Part shown: piece after piece, positions 37,595 to 46,636 of the stretch
Layout of the letters: each line of letters opens with the position of its first letter
Numbering within the stretch: position 1 is the first letter of the stretch
From: Deltaproteobacteria bacterium TL4
GTDB lineage: Bacteria; SAR324; NAC60-12
Length of the DNA stretch: 46,636 nt
NCBI GenBank assembly: GCA_051382335.1
Contig: JBBCAX010000302.1
Span: 1 to 46,636, forward strand
Direction of reading: 5' to 3'
The notes under the pieces: model-generated
Database searches by the model: none
The model's input: the letters and a program-made list of their open reading frames with translations, nothing else
What the model was told of the DNA's origin: nothing
Program-made: the position numbers and the translations under genes

Positions 37595-38608
37595 TCAAGT
37601 TTGAACCTGTTTAAAGCAAATACGAAATAAACTGCCGTTTTTGATCTCTACCTCCATGCTTCCTCTCAGTTGTCGAACTAACGTTTCTACTATTTCAAAC
37701 CCTAAGGTTTCTATCTTTTTTAGATTGAGCCCTTTCGGTAATCCGATTCCATTATCACGGACTTCCAAAACCAGTTGCTGGTTCTTTTGTAATAAAAAAG
37801 TAATGCCTATTTCCTTAGGCTTTTGTTCGGGTAAAAAAGCATATTTTAAGGCGTTGGATAACAACTCATTAATAATCAAGGCACAGGGAATCACTTGATT
37901 AACGCTCAAAATAACAGGTTCGACTTCAAGGTTCAGCTGAATTTCCTTACTATCGAATCCGTAGGATTGCCGTAATCCCTGGACTAATTCCGTGAGATAA
38001 ACGGAAAGGTCGAGTTTAACCAAATCCTTAAACTGGTAGAGTTTATTATGGACTAAGGCCATCGCATTGATCCGGTCTCGACTTTCGTTAAAGATGGCCT
38101 GTGTCGGAGCATCCTCAATATACTCAGACTGTAAACGTAACAAACTGGAAATAATTTGTAGATTATTCTTAACTCGGTGATGTATTTCCTGTAACAATAT
38201 TTCTTTTTCTTCAAGAAGTTTCTGTAACTCCCATTGTGCTTGTTTCAAATCGCTTAAATCATGAACAATTCCGGTAAAAATCCTTCGACCCTCAACTTGA
38301 ACCTCACTCACCGCAATATGCATGGGAAACATGGTCCCATCTTTACGTTGAGCAATCTGTTCACGACCTTTACCGATGATATTTTTTTTACCTGTCTCTG
38401 AATATCGCTTCAGATATCCATCGTGCTCCAAGCGAACAGGTTCGGGCATCAATATTTTAACATTTTCCCCAAGCATCTCCGCTGAGGAATAACCAAACAA
38501 CCTCTCTGCAGCAGGATTAAATAACTCAATAATTCCATGCTCATCGATATTAATAATCCCATCTGCGGCCATGTTTAAAATGGCCTGCATTTTCGCCTCT
38601 GTACTCAT
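37595..38608 (-). CDS. PAS sensor histidine kinase (HisKA_2 type; FixL-like PAS)
   Basis: FNPAAERLFGY...LMPE...HDGYL.RY...G (FixL-like heme-PAS pattern); EIHHRVKNNLQ, NELLSNALKY, DNGIG. Confidence 0.9.
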   Translation of the reverse strand: MSTEAKMQAILNMAADGIINIDEHGIIELFNPAAERLFGYSSAEMLGENVKILMPEPVRLEHDGYLKRYSETGKKNIIGKGREQIAQRKDGTMFPMHIAVSEVQVEGRRIFTGIVHDLSDLKQAQWELQKLLEEKEILLQEIHHRVKNNLQIISSLLRLQSEYIEDAPTQAIFNESRDRINAMALVHNKLYQFKDLVKLDLSVYLTELVQGLRQSYGFDSKEIQLNLEVEPVILSVNQVIPCALIINELLSNALKYAFLPEQKPKEIGITFLLQKNQQLVLEVRDNGIGLPKGLNLKKIETLGFEIVETLVRQLRGSMEVEIKNGSLFRICFKQVQT

Positions 38609-38967
38609 GCCTGCTCCCTGTGATCCGCATGTTCATCCTCAATTTGCTGATCTACTTTTGCCGCAAAAATAAAATCACTTGCCGATAAACCATCAATTTT
38701 GTGAGTCCAAAGGCTGAGTTTTACCTTACCCCACGCTAAATAAATATCAGGATGATGACCCTGATTTTCGGCTAACGCACCGACTCTGTTAGTAAACGAC
38801 AAAGCGGAACTAAAATCTTTGAAATGGTATTCCTTCTCTATATGGTGCTCTTCTATTAGAAGCCATCCATCATCTAACTGTGAGATAAAAGAGCGCAAAG
38901 CTTCTCCTCGTAAAGAAGGAGTCCCACCCTGACAAGGGATGCATTGCCTCTGTGCGAGTCTCTCCAT
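38605..38967 (-). CDS. phhB: Pterin-4-alpha-carbinolamine dehydratase
   Basis: CIPC.GG, AENQGHHPDI, LWTHKIDGLS..DFIFAAK. Confidence 0.9.
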   Translation of the reverse strand: MERLAQRQCIPCQGGTPSLRGEALRSFISQLDDGWLLIEEHHIEKEYHFKDFSSALSFTNRVGALAENQGHHPDIYLAWGKVKLSLWTHKIDGLSASDFIFAAKVDQQIEDEHADHREQA

Positions 38968-39261
38968 AACACCTTCCTTTATCCTTTAAGGATTTTAAAG
39001 TCCATCGAACTTGCATCGCCAATGGCGATATTTCCAACAAGATCCGCGATTCATGGGTGCTGCGAATTTTTTTAAAACCATATATTGATTTAATAGCACC
39101 AATATGGTACTGTTTCAAGCATTAAGATTAAATTATATTTCGATAGGCGTTTCGATGTGTTGAAAAAACAGGATGGAGATCGAAAGAACTTGTTGGATTT
39201 TCATTAGGTCTGATAACATTTCGAAAGGTGAATTAGCATCAAAACAATCAATAGAGGTGAT

Positions 39262-39873
39262 ATGAAAGTACTCGTCGTATATTACTCAATGTATGGTCAC
39301 GTTCATCGTATGGCGGAAGCCATTGCCGAGGGAGCCAGGAGCATCAAGGGCGCAGAAGTAGAAATGCGTCGTGTTCCAGAGACCCTACCAAGGGAAGTTC
39401 TTGAAAAGATGGGGGCTCTAGAAGCTCAGAAAACTTTTGAACATATTCCTGTTTGCCTGGTAGAGGAATTAGCTTCTGCCGATGCTATCATTTTTGGAAC
39501 ACCTACACGATTTGGGAATATGTGTGGACAGATGAGACAATTTCTGGATTCAACAGGATCGCTTTGGATGAAAGGAGCTTTGGTTGGCAAAACGGGAGGT
39601 GTTTTTGTCAGCACCGCGACTCAACATGGGGGACAAGAATCGACTATCCTCAGTTTTCATACGACGCTCCTCCATCATGGAATGGTTGTTGTGGGCTTAC
39701 CCTATGCGTTCCAGGGACAAATGCGCATTGATGAGATTACAGGCGGATCTCCTTATGGTGCCTCTACAATTGCAGGGGGACAAGGCGAACGTTTGCCCAG
39801 CGAAAATGAGTTAGAAGCCGCAAGATTCCAAGGGCAGCATGTTGCCACTATAGCCTCTAAGTTGGCAAGATAG
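39262..39873 (+). CDS. wrbA: NAD(P)H:quinone oxidoreductase, WrbA family
   Basis: [37 protein letters not shown]. Confidence 0.95.
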   Translation: MKVLVVYYSMYGHVHRMAEAIAEGARSIKGAEVEMRRVPETLPREVLEKMGALEAQKTFEHIPVCLVEELASADAIIFGTPTRFGNMCGQMRQFLDSTGSLWMKGALVGKTGGVFVSTATQHGGQESTILSFHTTLLHHGMVVVGLPYAFQGQMRIDEITGGSPYGASTIAGGQGERLPSENELEAARFQGQHVATIASKLAR

Positions 39874-39897
39874 CCTTATTCAAAGACAGAATGGGTT

Positions 39898-39921
39898 GGT
39901 GACGGGGTTTTCGCCGTCACC
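39898..39921. terminator. Hairpin between convergent wrbA and hydrolase genes
   Basis: GGTGACGG...CCGTCACC. Confidence 0.5.
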
Positions 39922-39989
39922 ACATAGTCTGCTTGCGAAGAATCTGCGCAGAGAGACGCATTACAGTTCACAAACAAATATAAATTGAA

Positions 39990-40880
39990 TCAACGAGGAA
40001 ATCCTATTTCCGCTTTCATCCAGTCCGCGATTTTTTGGACTACAGGTTCAGGGACTTTTTTCACCCATTGGAAATGATCGACGTTGTGACCGTTCAGGTC
40101 TTCAGGAGTCAGGTGCCAGTGGGTCAGTCGGGCTTGTGACATTTTATGGGCAAGATTTTCAACAGCTCGTTGGGTTACAAAAGAATCACTTTCGAACGAC
40201 AGCATCAAAATGGGAAGTTTGAGGCTTTGAAGCAGTTTCTCAAAATCATAAGGACTTTGAGGAACATGATAACGTCCTGTCACCGCGGTAATGGTCCAGT
40301 CTCTCATCATTTGAATGGATTCCGTTCCCGCAAATTTGAGTTGCTTGCCTGGAAAATATCCCAAGAGTTCCGCAATGACACGAGCCAGTTGAGTGGAAAA
40401 AAGGATGTTGAAGTTTTGAGGGAAAGGCCATCCACGGTAGTAAATAGAGCACGATGCGATTAAAATGAGGCCTTGAATTTGATGATTGTGGATTGCGGAA
40501 TAAAACGCGTTAAGATTTCCACTTAAACTGTGTCCACATAAAAAAAGAGGCTGACCGGGAAATTGTTGACGTGTCGCGTTAACAATAACAGGCCAATCCT
40601 GAGTCACCACTTCATAAAATCCAAAACGAGTTTTTTTTGAAACTCGCACCGAACTGTACCCGTGTCCCCGAAGATCACACGTCACCACATTCCATCCTTT
40701 TTTGAGCATGGCTTTGACCAAAGGATCGTAGAAATCCGCGGTGACTCCCAAAGCCGGTGTGCAGAGGACAACAGGTTGAGTTTCCCGAGGTTGTTCTTGA
40801 CGGTAGATGGTAATACAAGAGTAGGTGCCATCTTCCATCAGCAGCGGATATTTTTGTTGAGCCAAAGGAGCCATCTTCAT
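39990..40880 (-). CDS. Alpha/beta-fold hydrolase
   Basis: PALGV...FY, DLRGHG, GHSLSG nucleophile elbow, DHFQW. Confidence 0.85.
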   Translation of the reverse strand: MKMAPLAQQKYPLLMEDGTYSCITIYRQEQPRETQPVVLCTPALGVTADFYDPLVKAMLKKGWNVVTCDLRGHGYSSVRVSKKTRFGFYEVVTQDWPVIVNATRQQFPGQPLFLCGHSLSGNLNAFYSAIHNHQIQGLILIASCSIYYRGWPFPQNFNILFSTQLARVIAELLGYFPGKQLKFAGTESIQMMRDWTITAVTGRYHVPQSPYDFEKLLQSLKLPILMLSFESDSFVTQRAVENLAHKMSQARLTHWHLTPEDLNGHNVDHFQWVKKVPEPVVQKIADWMKAEIGFPR

Positions 40881-40883
40881 TTT

Positions 40884-41888
40884 TTAAGCAACAACAGAGA
40901 CCCCATGCTCCGAGTCATCTGTCAGAATTTCAAATGCGGCCCGGTTTTGAGAAACCAGGGTGCGACGATCGCCCTGATGTTCCAGCGTTAGCTCACATCG
41001 GGCGATTTTGGTATTTAAACAGGTTTTGCTTCCTCCAGGAGGATTGTAATAAGTTAACCCCACAAAAGCAGACTTTGGTGCTTGAATCAATCCATAAATG
41101 CGAGTGTCATCCTTTTGGGTGTCAAAATTCCAGGTAAAATAGGAAAATCGCCCGTGTGCATGATAGGCCTGGGTCAAGGTATTTAAAGCATATTCTTCGC
41201 CATCAACCCTCAACACGATTAAAGCCAGCCAGGGTGTCCAAAGTGGACCAATTTTGACACGGGCCGTGGAACATTCCAGGAAAGCCTCCGGCGCATTATC
41301 AAAGCCTGAGACTTGCCCCCAGGCGTAGAGATCGGTATGTTTGCTTCCCCAGTTATGGTTTTGACTTCCAATCCAGTTTTCAATTTTAAGGCTTTTCCGA
41401 TTAACACGAAGCTCACCATTGTAAAGAGCGTTTGGAGAACCTACCAGGGCTTTGGCTTTAGGAAAGCCTTTTTCATAATAGGATTCATCCAGCAACAGCA
41501 AAGGCGGAGCCTCCCCTTTGAAATTTAAATCCCACCCAAGGGTATTTCCTCTTGAAGTTGCTCCGCCTTTGAGGTGTCCATCATACAAAACGGAACCCTT
41601 GATTTTGGCATTCAAGCCTGTTTTGGAGAAAGTACATTGTTCAATGGGAAACTCTTCTTTCGCAGCGGTGATTCGGTTCTGCTCTCCATCAAAATAGATG
41701 GACCATAATTCACCAAGGGCTTCCTCGGGATTGCCTTTGGGACAAAAAATCGTATATCGAATCCAAAAGGCCAGGGGGCGAGTCGGATGATTGGCTCGTT
41801 GGAAGTAGCTTTCATAATGTCCTCCTTTTTCTCCAGAGTTAAAACGAATGCTATTCCAATGATTTCGTTCTTGAGTGAGATCTTTCAT
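40884..41888 (-). CDS. Conserved hypothetical protein (tocopherol-cyclase/AttH-like beta fold, tentative)
   Basis: GHYESYF, AFWIRYT, GSQNHNWG.KH...YAWG pattern. Confidence 0.5.
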   Translation of the reverse strand: MKDLTQERNHWNSIRFNSGEKGGHYESYFQRANHPTRPLAFWIRYTIFCPKGNPEEALGELWSIYFDGEQNRITAAKEEFPIEQCTFSKTGLNAKIKGSVLYDGHLKGGATSRGNTLGWDLNFKGEAPPLLLLDESYYEKGFPKAKALVGSPNALYNGELRVNRKSLKIENWIGSQNHNWGSKHTDLYAWGQVSGFDNAPEAFLECSTARVKIGPLWTPWLALIVLRVDGEEYALNTLTQAYHAHGRFSYFTWNFDTQKDDTRIYGLIQAPKSAFVGLTYYNPPGGSKTCLNTKIARCELTLEHQGDRRTLVSQNRAAFEILTDDSEHGVSVVA

Positions 41889-41912
41889 GTTTTCTTACTC
41901 CCTTCATGGTGT

Positions 41913-44258
41913 TTAAATACGTGCCGCAATAAATTCCGCAGCTCTCATAGCCAAAGACATAATTGTGATTTGAGGATTTACGCCCAAAGGACCTGGAACC
42001 GCGGAACCATCGACGACAAACAGATTTTTCAAATCCCATACCTCGTGTTCAGGGGAAATCACCGATTTTTCCTTTGAAGCTCCCAAACGACAAGTTCCCA
42101 AAGGATGATAAGCGGTCAGCATGGGTTCATAGCGTTTGACAGGGTTTTCGAATAATTTCATCAACTCTTCTTTATTCCGAACGCGCTCTCTTCCTGAAAT
42201 GGGCAAGAGGAGTTCTTCCGCACCACCTTCAAAAAGGACTTCTCCCAGAATCCGTATTCCGCGTGTCAAGCGTTGCAGGCCTTCCTCATTGATTTGATAA
42301 AAAATGGAGGCCTTTTTATTTTTCGCAAGCTTCAGATGCCCATAATTGGTATCACGGACCATAATGCCGAAATTGCCGTAGTATTGATAACGGTCCATAT
42401 AGTTTTGGAAATCCGTTCCCATGATGGGTAAGGATGCTGCGCTGAATTCAGGGGGAGTTGTTCCGCCTTCAAACATTAAGCCTTCTTCGCAAAAATGCTC
42501 AATCGAATAACTTTGCGGAATGTAGTTGGCAACCTGCATTCGTTTGGGATACATCCCTCCCACGTTTAATGCGGGATGGATACTTAAATTTCTGCCCAAT
42601 TCAGGATGAGACGCACTAATATCGTTATCCATTAAAAGCCGGGGCGTCATGAGGGTTCCTGTGGAAAGAACGACACTTTTTGCCCGGATTTCAAGATCCC
42701 AACGGGAATCAAAACCCGGGACCCTTGCCCGAACGCCAACAGCCTTACCGTTTTCCTTAATAATTTCATAAACCCGATATCCTGTAAAAAGATTGGCACC
42801 GTTTTGAAGCGCGGAAGGAATGAACGATATATTCGTTGAAGTTTTAGCGGCCGTGGGACATCCCATGGCGCATGACGCCTGACCATCACAGCCATCGGCA
42901 TTCCTTCGTAAAGGCGCATGAGCGTAACCCAACTTTTGTGCCCCTTCCGCAATCACATCCGCAATGGGGCCCAGGTACTTGGGATCGCCAGGCTTCACCT
43001 TAAGTCGATTTTCAACTTTCTCAAAATAGGGATCGAGTGTTCCCTTTTGGAGTTCGTGCAGTCCATTTTCTTTACGCCACTGTTCCAGTATCCAGGAAGG
43101 GGTACGAAAACAGGTTCCAGAGTTGATGAGTGTTGTGCCTCCGACGCCGATACCTGTGGGCAAGGCAATGGGGGGAACTCCAAGCGCGAACTGTGTCGCG
43201 AACGAACGATAAAGCTTAACGCATTTATCAATAGGCCGACCTTGTAATCCCTTTCTGTCCCAATACCGACCTTCTTCCAAAATAATGACTCCTAAGCCTT
43301 TTTGCGTCAGAGAGTCGGCAACCACGGCTCCTCCGGCACCGCTCCCAACTACCACCACATCACATTCAAGCGGTTCCCTGCTCCATTCTTCCGAGGGAAC
43401 AAAGATATGTTTCTGCCACTTTTCCTGAGGCTCTGTCGCGGAAAGCGTGTCTTTAATTTCCAGTTCGTGCTTTTGGTAAAAACCACGGTCGTCAAAAATG
43501 GCCAGCCGCAAGGGCAACTGTACCAATTCAACCAATTTTCGAAGGCCTCCGCCTTGTTTTTGAAGCAGATCTAGCGCTTTGATGCGCACTTCGACGGATA
43601 GTTTTTCAAAAGGCGTAAAGATTTTCAAGGTGCCTAAAATCGAGAATAACTGATAAAAATCATGAACGGTTTTATGCTGGCCTCTCGGAACCAAATTAAT
43701 CATCTGATTGAAGCGATTCCAAACCGCTTCCCGTTTTAAAGGATCGTTGAGGAGTACAGGATAAAGCGTTTCCGCAAGCGCGAGGACAGGTCCCTTCAGA
43801 TTTTCAAAAGAAGAAACGACGCTTTCCTTGGAGTACAAGCGCATGTCTTTCACTAACTGAAGCAGAGGTGCCCGATAAACCAACTCCAGATCCGCGACTT
43901 TGTTTCCGGCGCTGTTTTCCAGGATAGCAGGGAGGGTGATGAGGCTGGACCTGAAATTTCGAAGACTGTATTGCTTTTTTCCATACAAACGCAAACGCCC
44001 GTGCTTCGGATCATTAAAACAAAAGTCATATTCCACGCCCTTGGGCGGAGAGATTCTTGTCACGCCAAAAGCGGGAACACTTAAAAATCGGCCCGGACAA
44101 TTGACCAGGCCTGATAGTTTACGCGCTCTCCACCACTGTAATTTATCGGACCACATTGAAACCGAAAAGCTAAAGGGATGGCGTCCTTCACCGTCATTCC
44201 AATCAACCCATCCGGACATTGTTTCATGAAGGGATAACCCCATCTCCTGCTCTTTCAT
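41913..44258 (-). CDS. GMC-family FAD oxidoreductase (long-chain alcohol oxidase-like) with extra N-terminal domain
   Basis: VVVVGSGAGG, VGGTTLINSG, C.G...C.MGCP, GRNLSIHP, AYHPLGTCR, GVNPQITIM; AAGGAG RBS before ATG 44258. Confidence 0.88.
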   Translation of the reverse strand: MKEQEMGLSLHETMSGWVDWNDGEGRHPFSFSVSMWSDKLQWWRARKLSGLVNCPGRFLSVPAFGVTRISPPKGVEYDFCFNDPKHGRLRLYGKKQYSLRNFRSSLITLPAILENSAGNKVADLELVYRAPLLQLVKDMRLYSKESVVSSFENLKGPVLALAETLYPVLLNDPLKREAVWNRFNQMINLVPRGQHKTVHDFYQLFSILGTLKIFTPFEKLSVEVRIKALDLLQKQGGGLRKLVELVQLPLRLAIFDDRGFYQKHELEIKDTLSATEPQEKWQKHIFVPSEEWSREPLECDVVVVGSGAGGAVVADSLTQKGLGVIILEEGRYWDRKGLQGRPIDKCVKLYRSFATQFALGVPPIALPTGIGVGGTTLINSGTCFRTPSWILEQWRKENGLHELQKGTLDPYFEKVENRLKVKPGDPKYLGPIADVIAEGAQKLGYAHAPLRRNADGCDGQASCAMGCPTAAKTSTNISFIPSALQNGANLFTGYRVYEIIKENGKAVGVRARVPGFDSRWDLEIRAKSVVLSTGTLMTPRLLMDNDISASHPELGRNLSIHPALNVGGMYPKRMQVANYIPQSYSIEHFCEEGLMFEGGTTPPEFSAASLPIMGTDFQNYMDRYQYYGNFGIMVRDTNYGHLKLAKNKKASIFYQINEEGLQRLTRGIRILGEVLFEGGAEELLLPISGRERVRNKEELMKLFENPVKRYEPMLTAYHPLGTCRLGASKEKSVISPEHEVWDLKNLFVVDGSAVPGPLGVNPQITIMSLAMRAAEFIAARI

Positions 44259-44271
44259 GACCTGTCTCCTT

Positions 44272-45780
44272 TCATAATATTTTAAAACGATCCAACCCCG
44301 AGGCATTCAACAAGGTATTCATTGAACGTAATATTTTATATTTGGTCTGATTGTAGGGGTACCACCAAAACTCTTGTTTAGGCTCTTTAATCCGGCTCAA
44401 CCCAATATGTTTTTCGTCAACAAACTCCAATAAGCCCAAGTGACCTGAGGTTCCGCGTCCTAAGCCGCTTTCCTTGCGCCCACACCAGGGAGCTCCCGGG
44501 AGGTTATAGGCATAAGACACATCATTGACAGTCACCGTGCCAAATTTTAAATAGCGTGCCAACATGAGCGCCTGTGCTTCATCCTTGGTCCAAATGCTCG
44601 CGGTTAAGCCATAAGGCGAGTCATTGGCCAGATTGACGGCGTCTTCAAGGGTTTTGAAAGGCTGAATGGGCAAGACAGGACCAAAGGTTTCTTCCCGCAT
44701 AATTTTCATGTCGTGCCGAACATCCACCATGACTGTTGGTTTTAAAAATAACGGACCCAGGCTTGAATCCACTTCGCCTCCGCAAAGCACTTTCGCTCCG
44801 AGTTGTTTTGCTTCTGCGATTTGATCCAGGACTATTTTCAACTGCCCTTCGTGGATCATCGGCCCTATTTCGGTATCAAAGCCGCCTTTGCCTTGACGTA
44901 ATTTTTTGGTTTCTTCAACGATTTTACGAATCATCACCCCAAGAATGGATTCATGCACATAGACACGTTCCGTCCCTGAGCAAACCTGTCCCTGATTAAA
45001 AAACGCGCTCCAGACCGCGGCTTTAGCCGCTCGATCCAGATTGGCGTCTCTGAGAACGAGGAAGGGGTCTTTGCCTCCCATTTCCAAAACACAGGGAATC
45101 AGCTTTTGTGCCGCGATTTGAGCTACTTTTTTACCTGTGGTGACACTGCCTGTGAAGGCAACCATATCAATCTCGGCATTCACCAAGGCCTCGCCTGTCC
45201 GGCCATCGCCTGTAACCACTTTGAATAAGTCTTTGGGAAGCACAGGAGCAATTAACCGCTCAACCATCACCGCTGTTAACGGAGTATATTCTGAAGGCTT
45301 CCAGATCACCGCGTTTCCTGTCAACAGGGCCCCACAAATGCTTTTCATGGCAATAACCAACGGATGATTCCAGGGCGAAATGACAGCAACGACTCCCCGA
45401 GGTTCATAAGAAATGAAACTACGTTTCAGGAATTTAAAGGGAAGGCCTACCTCCAAAGGATATTCTTCCAAGATTTTGGGGCTGCGTGTGATTAAATCAT
45501 CAATGTACATACTGATCGAAAGAATCTCAGAGGAACACACTTCAAAAGGGACCTTACCATTCTCCTGAGAAATTTGCTCAATCAACTCATCGGCATGTTC
45601 GATCAGAATTTTTTTAATCTTTTTTAGGGCTTCAATTCTATTTTTTAAAGGCAGGCGTCCCCATCGATCCTGGACTTCATGGGCTTGCGTGACATAAGTG
45701 GCGATTTGGGGAAAGGTATAGGCTGGAACTTCTCCTAATAACTCCCCCGTTACAGGAGAGTAACTTTTGAGTGTAGTCAT
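44272..45780 (-). CDS. Aldehyde dehydrogenase
   Basis: ISPWNHP, KPSE, FTGS, LEMGGKD, GQVC, EETFGP. Confidence 0.95.
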   Translation of the reverse strand: MTTLKSYSPVTGELLGEVPAYTFPQIATYVTQAHEVQDRWGRLPLKNRIEALKKIKKILIEHADELIEQISQENGKVPFEVCSSEILSISMYIDDLITRSPKILEEYPLEVGLPFKFLKRSFISYEPRGVVAVISPWNHPLVIAMKSICGALLTGNAVIWKPSEYTPLTAVMVERLIAPVLPKDLFKVVTGDGRTGEALVNAEIDMVAFTGSVTTGKKVAQIAAQKLIPCVLEMGGKDPFLVLRDANLDRAAKAAVWSAFFNQGQVCSGTERVYVHESILGVMIRKIVEETKKLRQGKGGFDTEIGPMIHEGQLKIVLDQIAEAKQLGAKVLCGGEVDSSLGPLFLKPTVMVDVRHDMKIMREETFGPVLPIQPFKTLEDAVNLANDSPYGLTASIWTKDEAQALMLARYLKFGTVTVNDVSYAYNLPGAPWCGRKESGLGRGTSGHLGLLEFVDEKHIGLSRIKEPKQEFWWYPYNQTKYKILRSMNTLLNASGLDRFKIL

Positions 45781-45845
45781 GGTCCCTCTCAAAATGTGGA
45801 TTTTTTAATGCAAAGGCGAAGCAAAAGTTGAAAGTCTCCCTATCT

Positions 45846-46283
45846 TCAAACGGAATAAGGACGCGCGCTTAAGATGAGCCGGGGTAATTCTTTGAGATCA
45901 AACCATAGCTCTCCCTCGCCAAAAACTTGAGCTCCAACGTAAAGAGTCCCCGTAAGAGAGGTCATGGTATCTAACAGTTTTGAATATTTGATGTGCTTTT
46001 TGCCAACGAACTGACACGCCTTGCCGTCATCACTCTCAAAATCAAAACGATAGACCAGCTCTTTGCGTGTGAAAATCGCGATTTCCAAGGTTCCGTTAAG
46101 GACACTTTGGCTGGCCAAGTTTCCCACATGTACGGTTCCTGTAATTTCTGTCATTTGGTTTTTGATAAACCGGAAAATTGAATTCGCACTCACCTTCACT
46201 TCAAAAAAGATCATCTGTTTTGTCTCTTTTTCTGTCTCTGGAAGGTATACGCCACGCATCGTTTCTTGAAATGAAAATCCCAT
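45846..46283 (-). CDS. Hypothetical protein, homologous to the N-terminal domain of the downstream GMC protein
   Basis: GFSFQETMRG...LVYRFDF...FVGKK vs GLSLHETMSG...VEYDFCF...LYGKK. Confidence 0.6.
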   Translation of the reverse strand: MGFSFQETMRGVYLPETEKETKQMIFFEVKVSANSIFRFIKNQMTEITGTVHVGNLASQSVLNGTLEIAIFTRKELVYRFDFESDDGKACQFVGKKHIKYSKLLDTMTSLTGTLYVGAQVFGEGELWFDLKELPRLILSARPYSV

Positions 46284-46332
46284 CGTTGCCCTTTTTATCA
46301 ATAATTTGGTAATTTATGTACCCGGACCCAAA

Positions 46333-46347
46333 ATTGGTACGACCAAT
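46333..46347. promoter_or_regulatory. GntR/FadR-type operator-like palindrome upstream of the oxidation operon
   Basis: ATTGGTACGACCAAT (TGGT-N3-ACCA). Confidence 0.5.
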
Positions 46348-46413
46348 AGTCCAATTTTAAAATAAGCTACAAGGAAATTGAAAGGAATGCAAGAATATTT
46401 TGAGTTGAATTCA

Positions 46414-46489
46414 GGAGTGCCAAAGCTTGCTTTGGCCAGAAAGGCGAAAGCCTTTCTTTGTATTTGGCCAAAGCAAGCTTTGGCACTCC
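46414..46489. repeat. Inverted REP-like doublet (GGAG type), 25-bp perfect arms
   Basis: GGAGTGCCAAAGCTTGCTTTGGCCA / TGGCCAAAGCAAGCTTTGGCACTCC with an internal AGAAAGGC-GAAA-GCCTTTCT hairpin. Confidence 0.75.
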
Positions 46490-46636
46490 ATCCTGAATTG
46501 GTCAGACTCCAGTAAATTTATTTAAATGAGCGTCTATAGTTACTCGACTTTGAACAATTTGCTCAATATTACTCCTGAATAAAATCAGAGACTTATAAAG
46601 TCGTATTAGAATTAATGATAGGTTTGGCCTGAAAAA

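Overview
Bacterial window (deltaproteobacteria-like gene content; taxon not provable from sequence) with two parts. (1) 1-21.6 kb is an accessory, heavily rearranged island. It starts with an IS end and three partial or paralogous copies of a PEGA + FGE-sulfatase/C-type-lectin-fold gene. The first copy ends in a textbook diversity-generating-retroelement (DGR) variable region, but no template repeat or DGR RT is visible in the window. An in-frame REP doublet and a RAYT/REP cassette occupy the same PEGA loop in different copies. Next come an internally deleted group II intron fused to a broken RT of another intron lineage, an atypical P1B-type ATPase, a sulfotransferase, two O-methyltransferases, a Ser-type sulfatase, a SnoaL protein, a porin-like gene, and a minimal NRPS(C-PCP, no A domain)/PKS(KS-AT-ACP-TE) pair, with several MITE/REP elements in between. 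(2) 21.8-46.6 kb is mostly ordinary: sirtuin, acnA, a lone mreB, a GT39-like glycosyltransferase, a beta-barrel/cupredoxin/adenylate-cyclase trio, DUF1499, a SagB-type nitroreductase, a PAS-kinase/REC cluster with a His-less kinase, a pterin dehydratase, wrbA and a probable lipid-oxidation operon. It also carries collinear scraps of a decayed ~6 kb duplication. All calls come from motif recognition by eye; no database searches were run.
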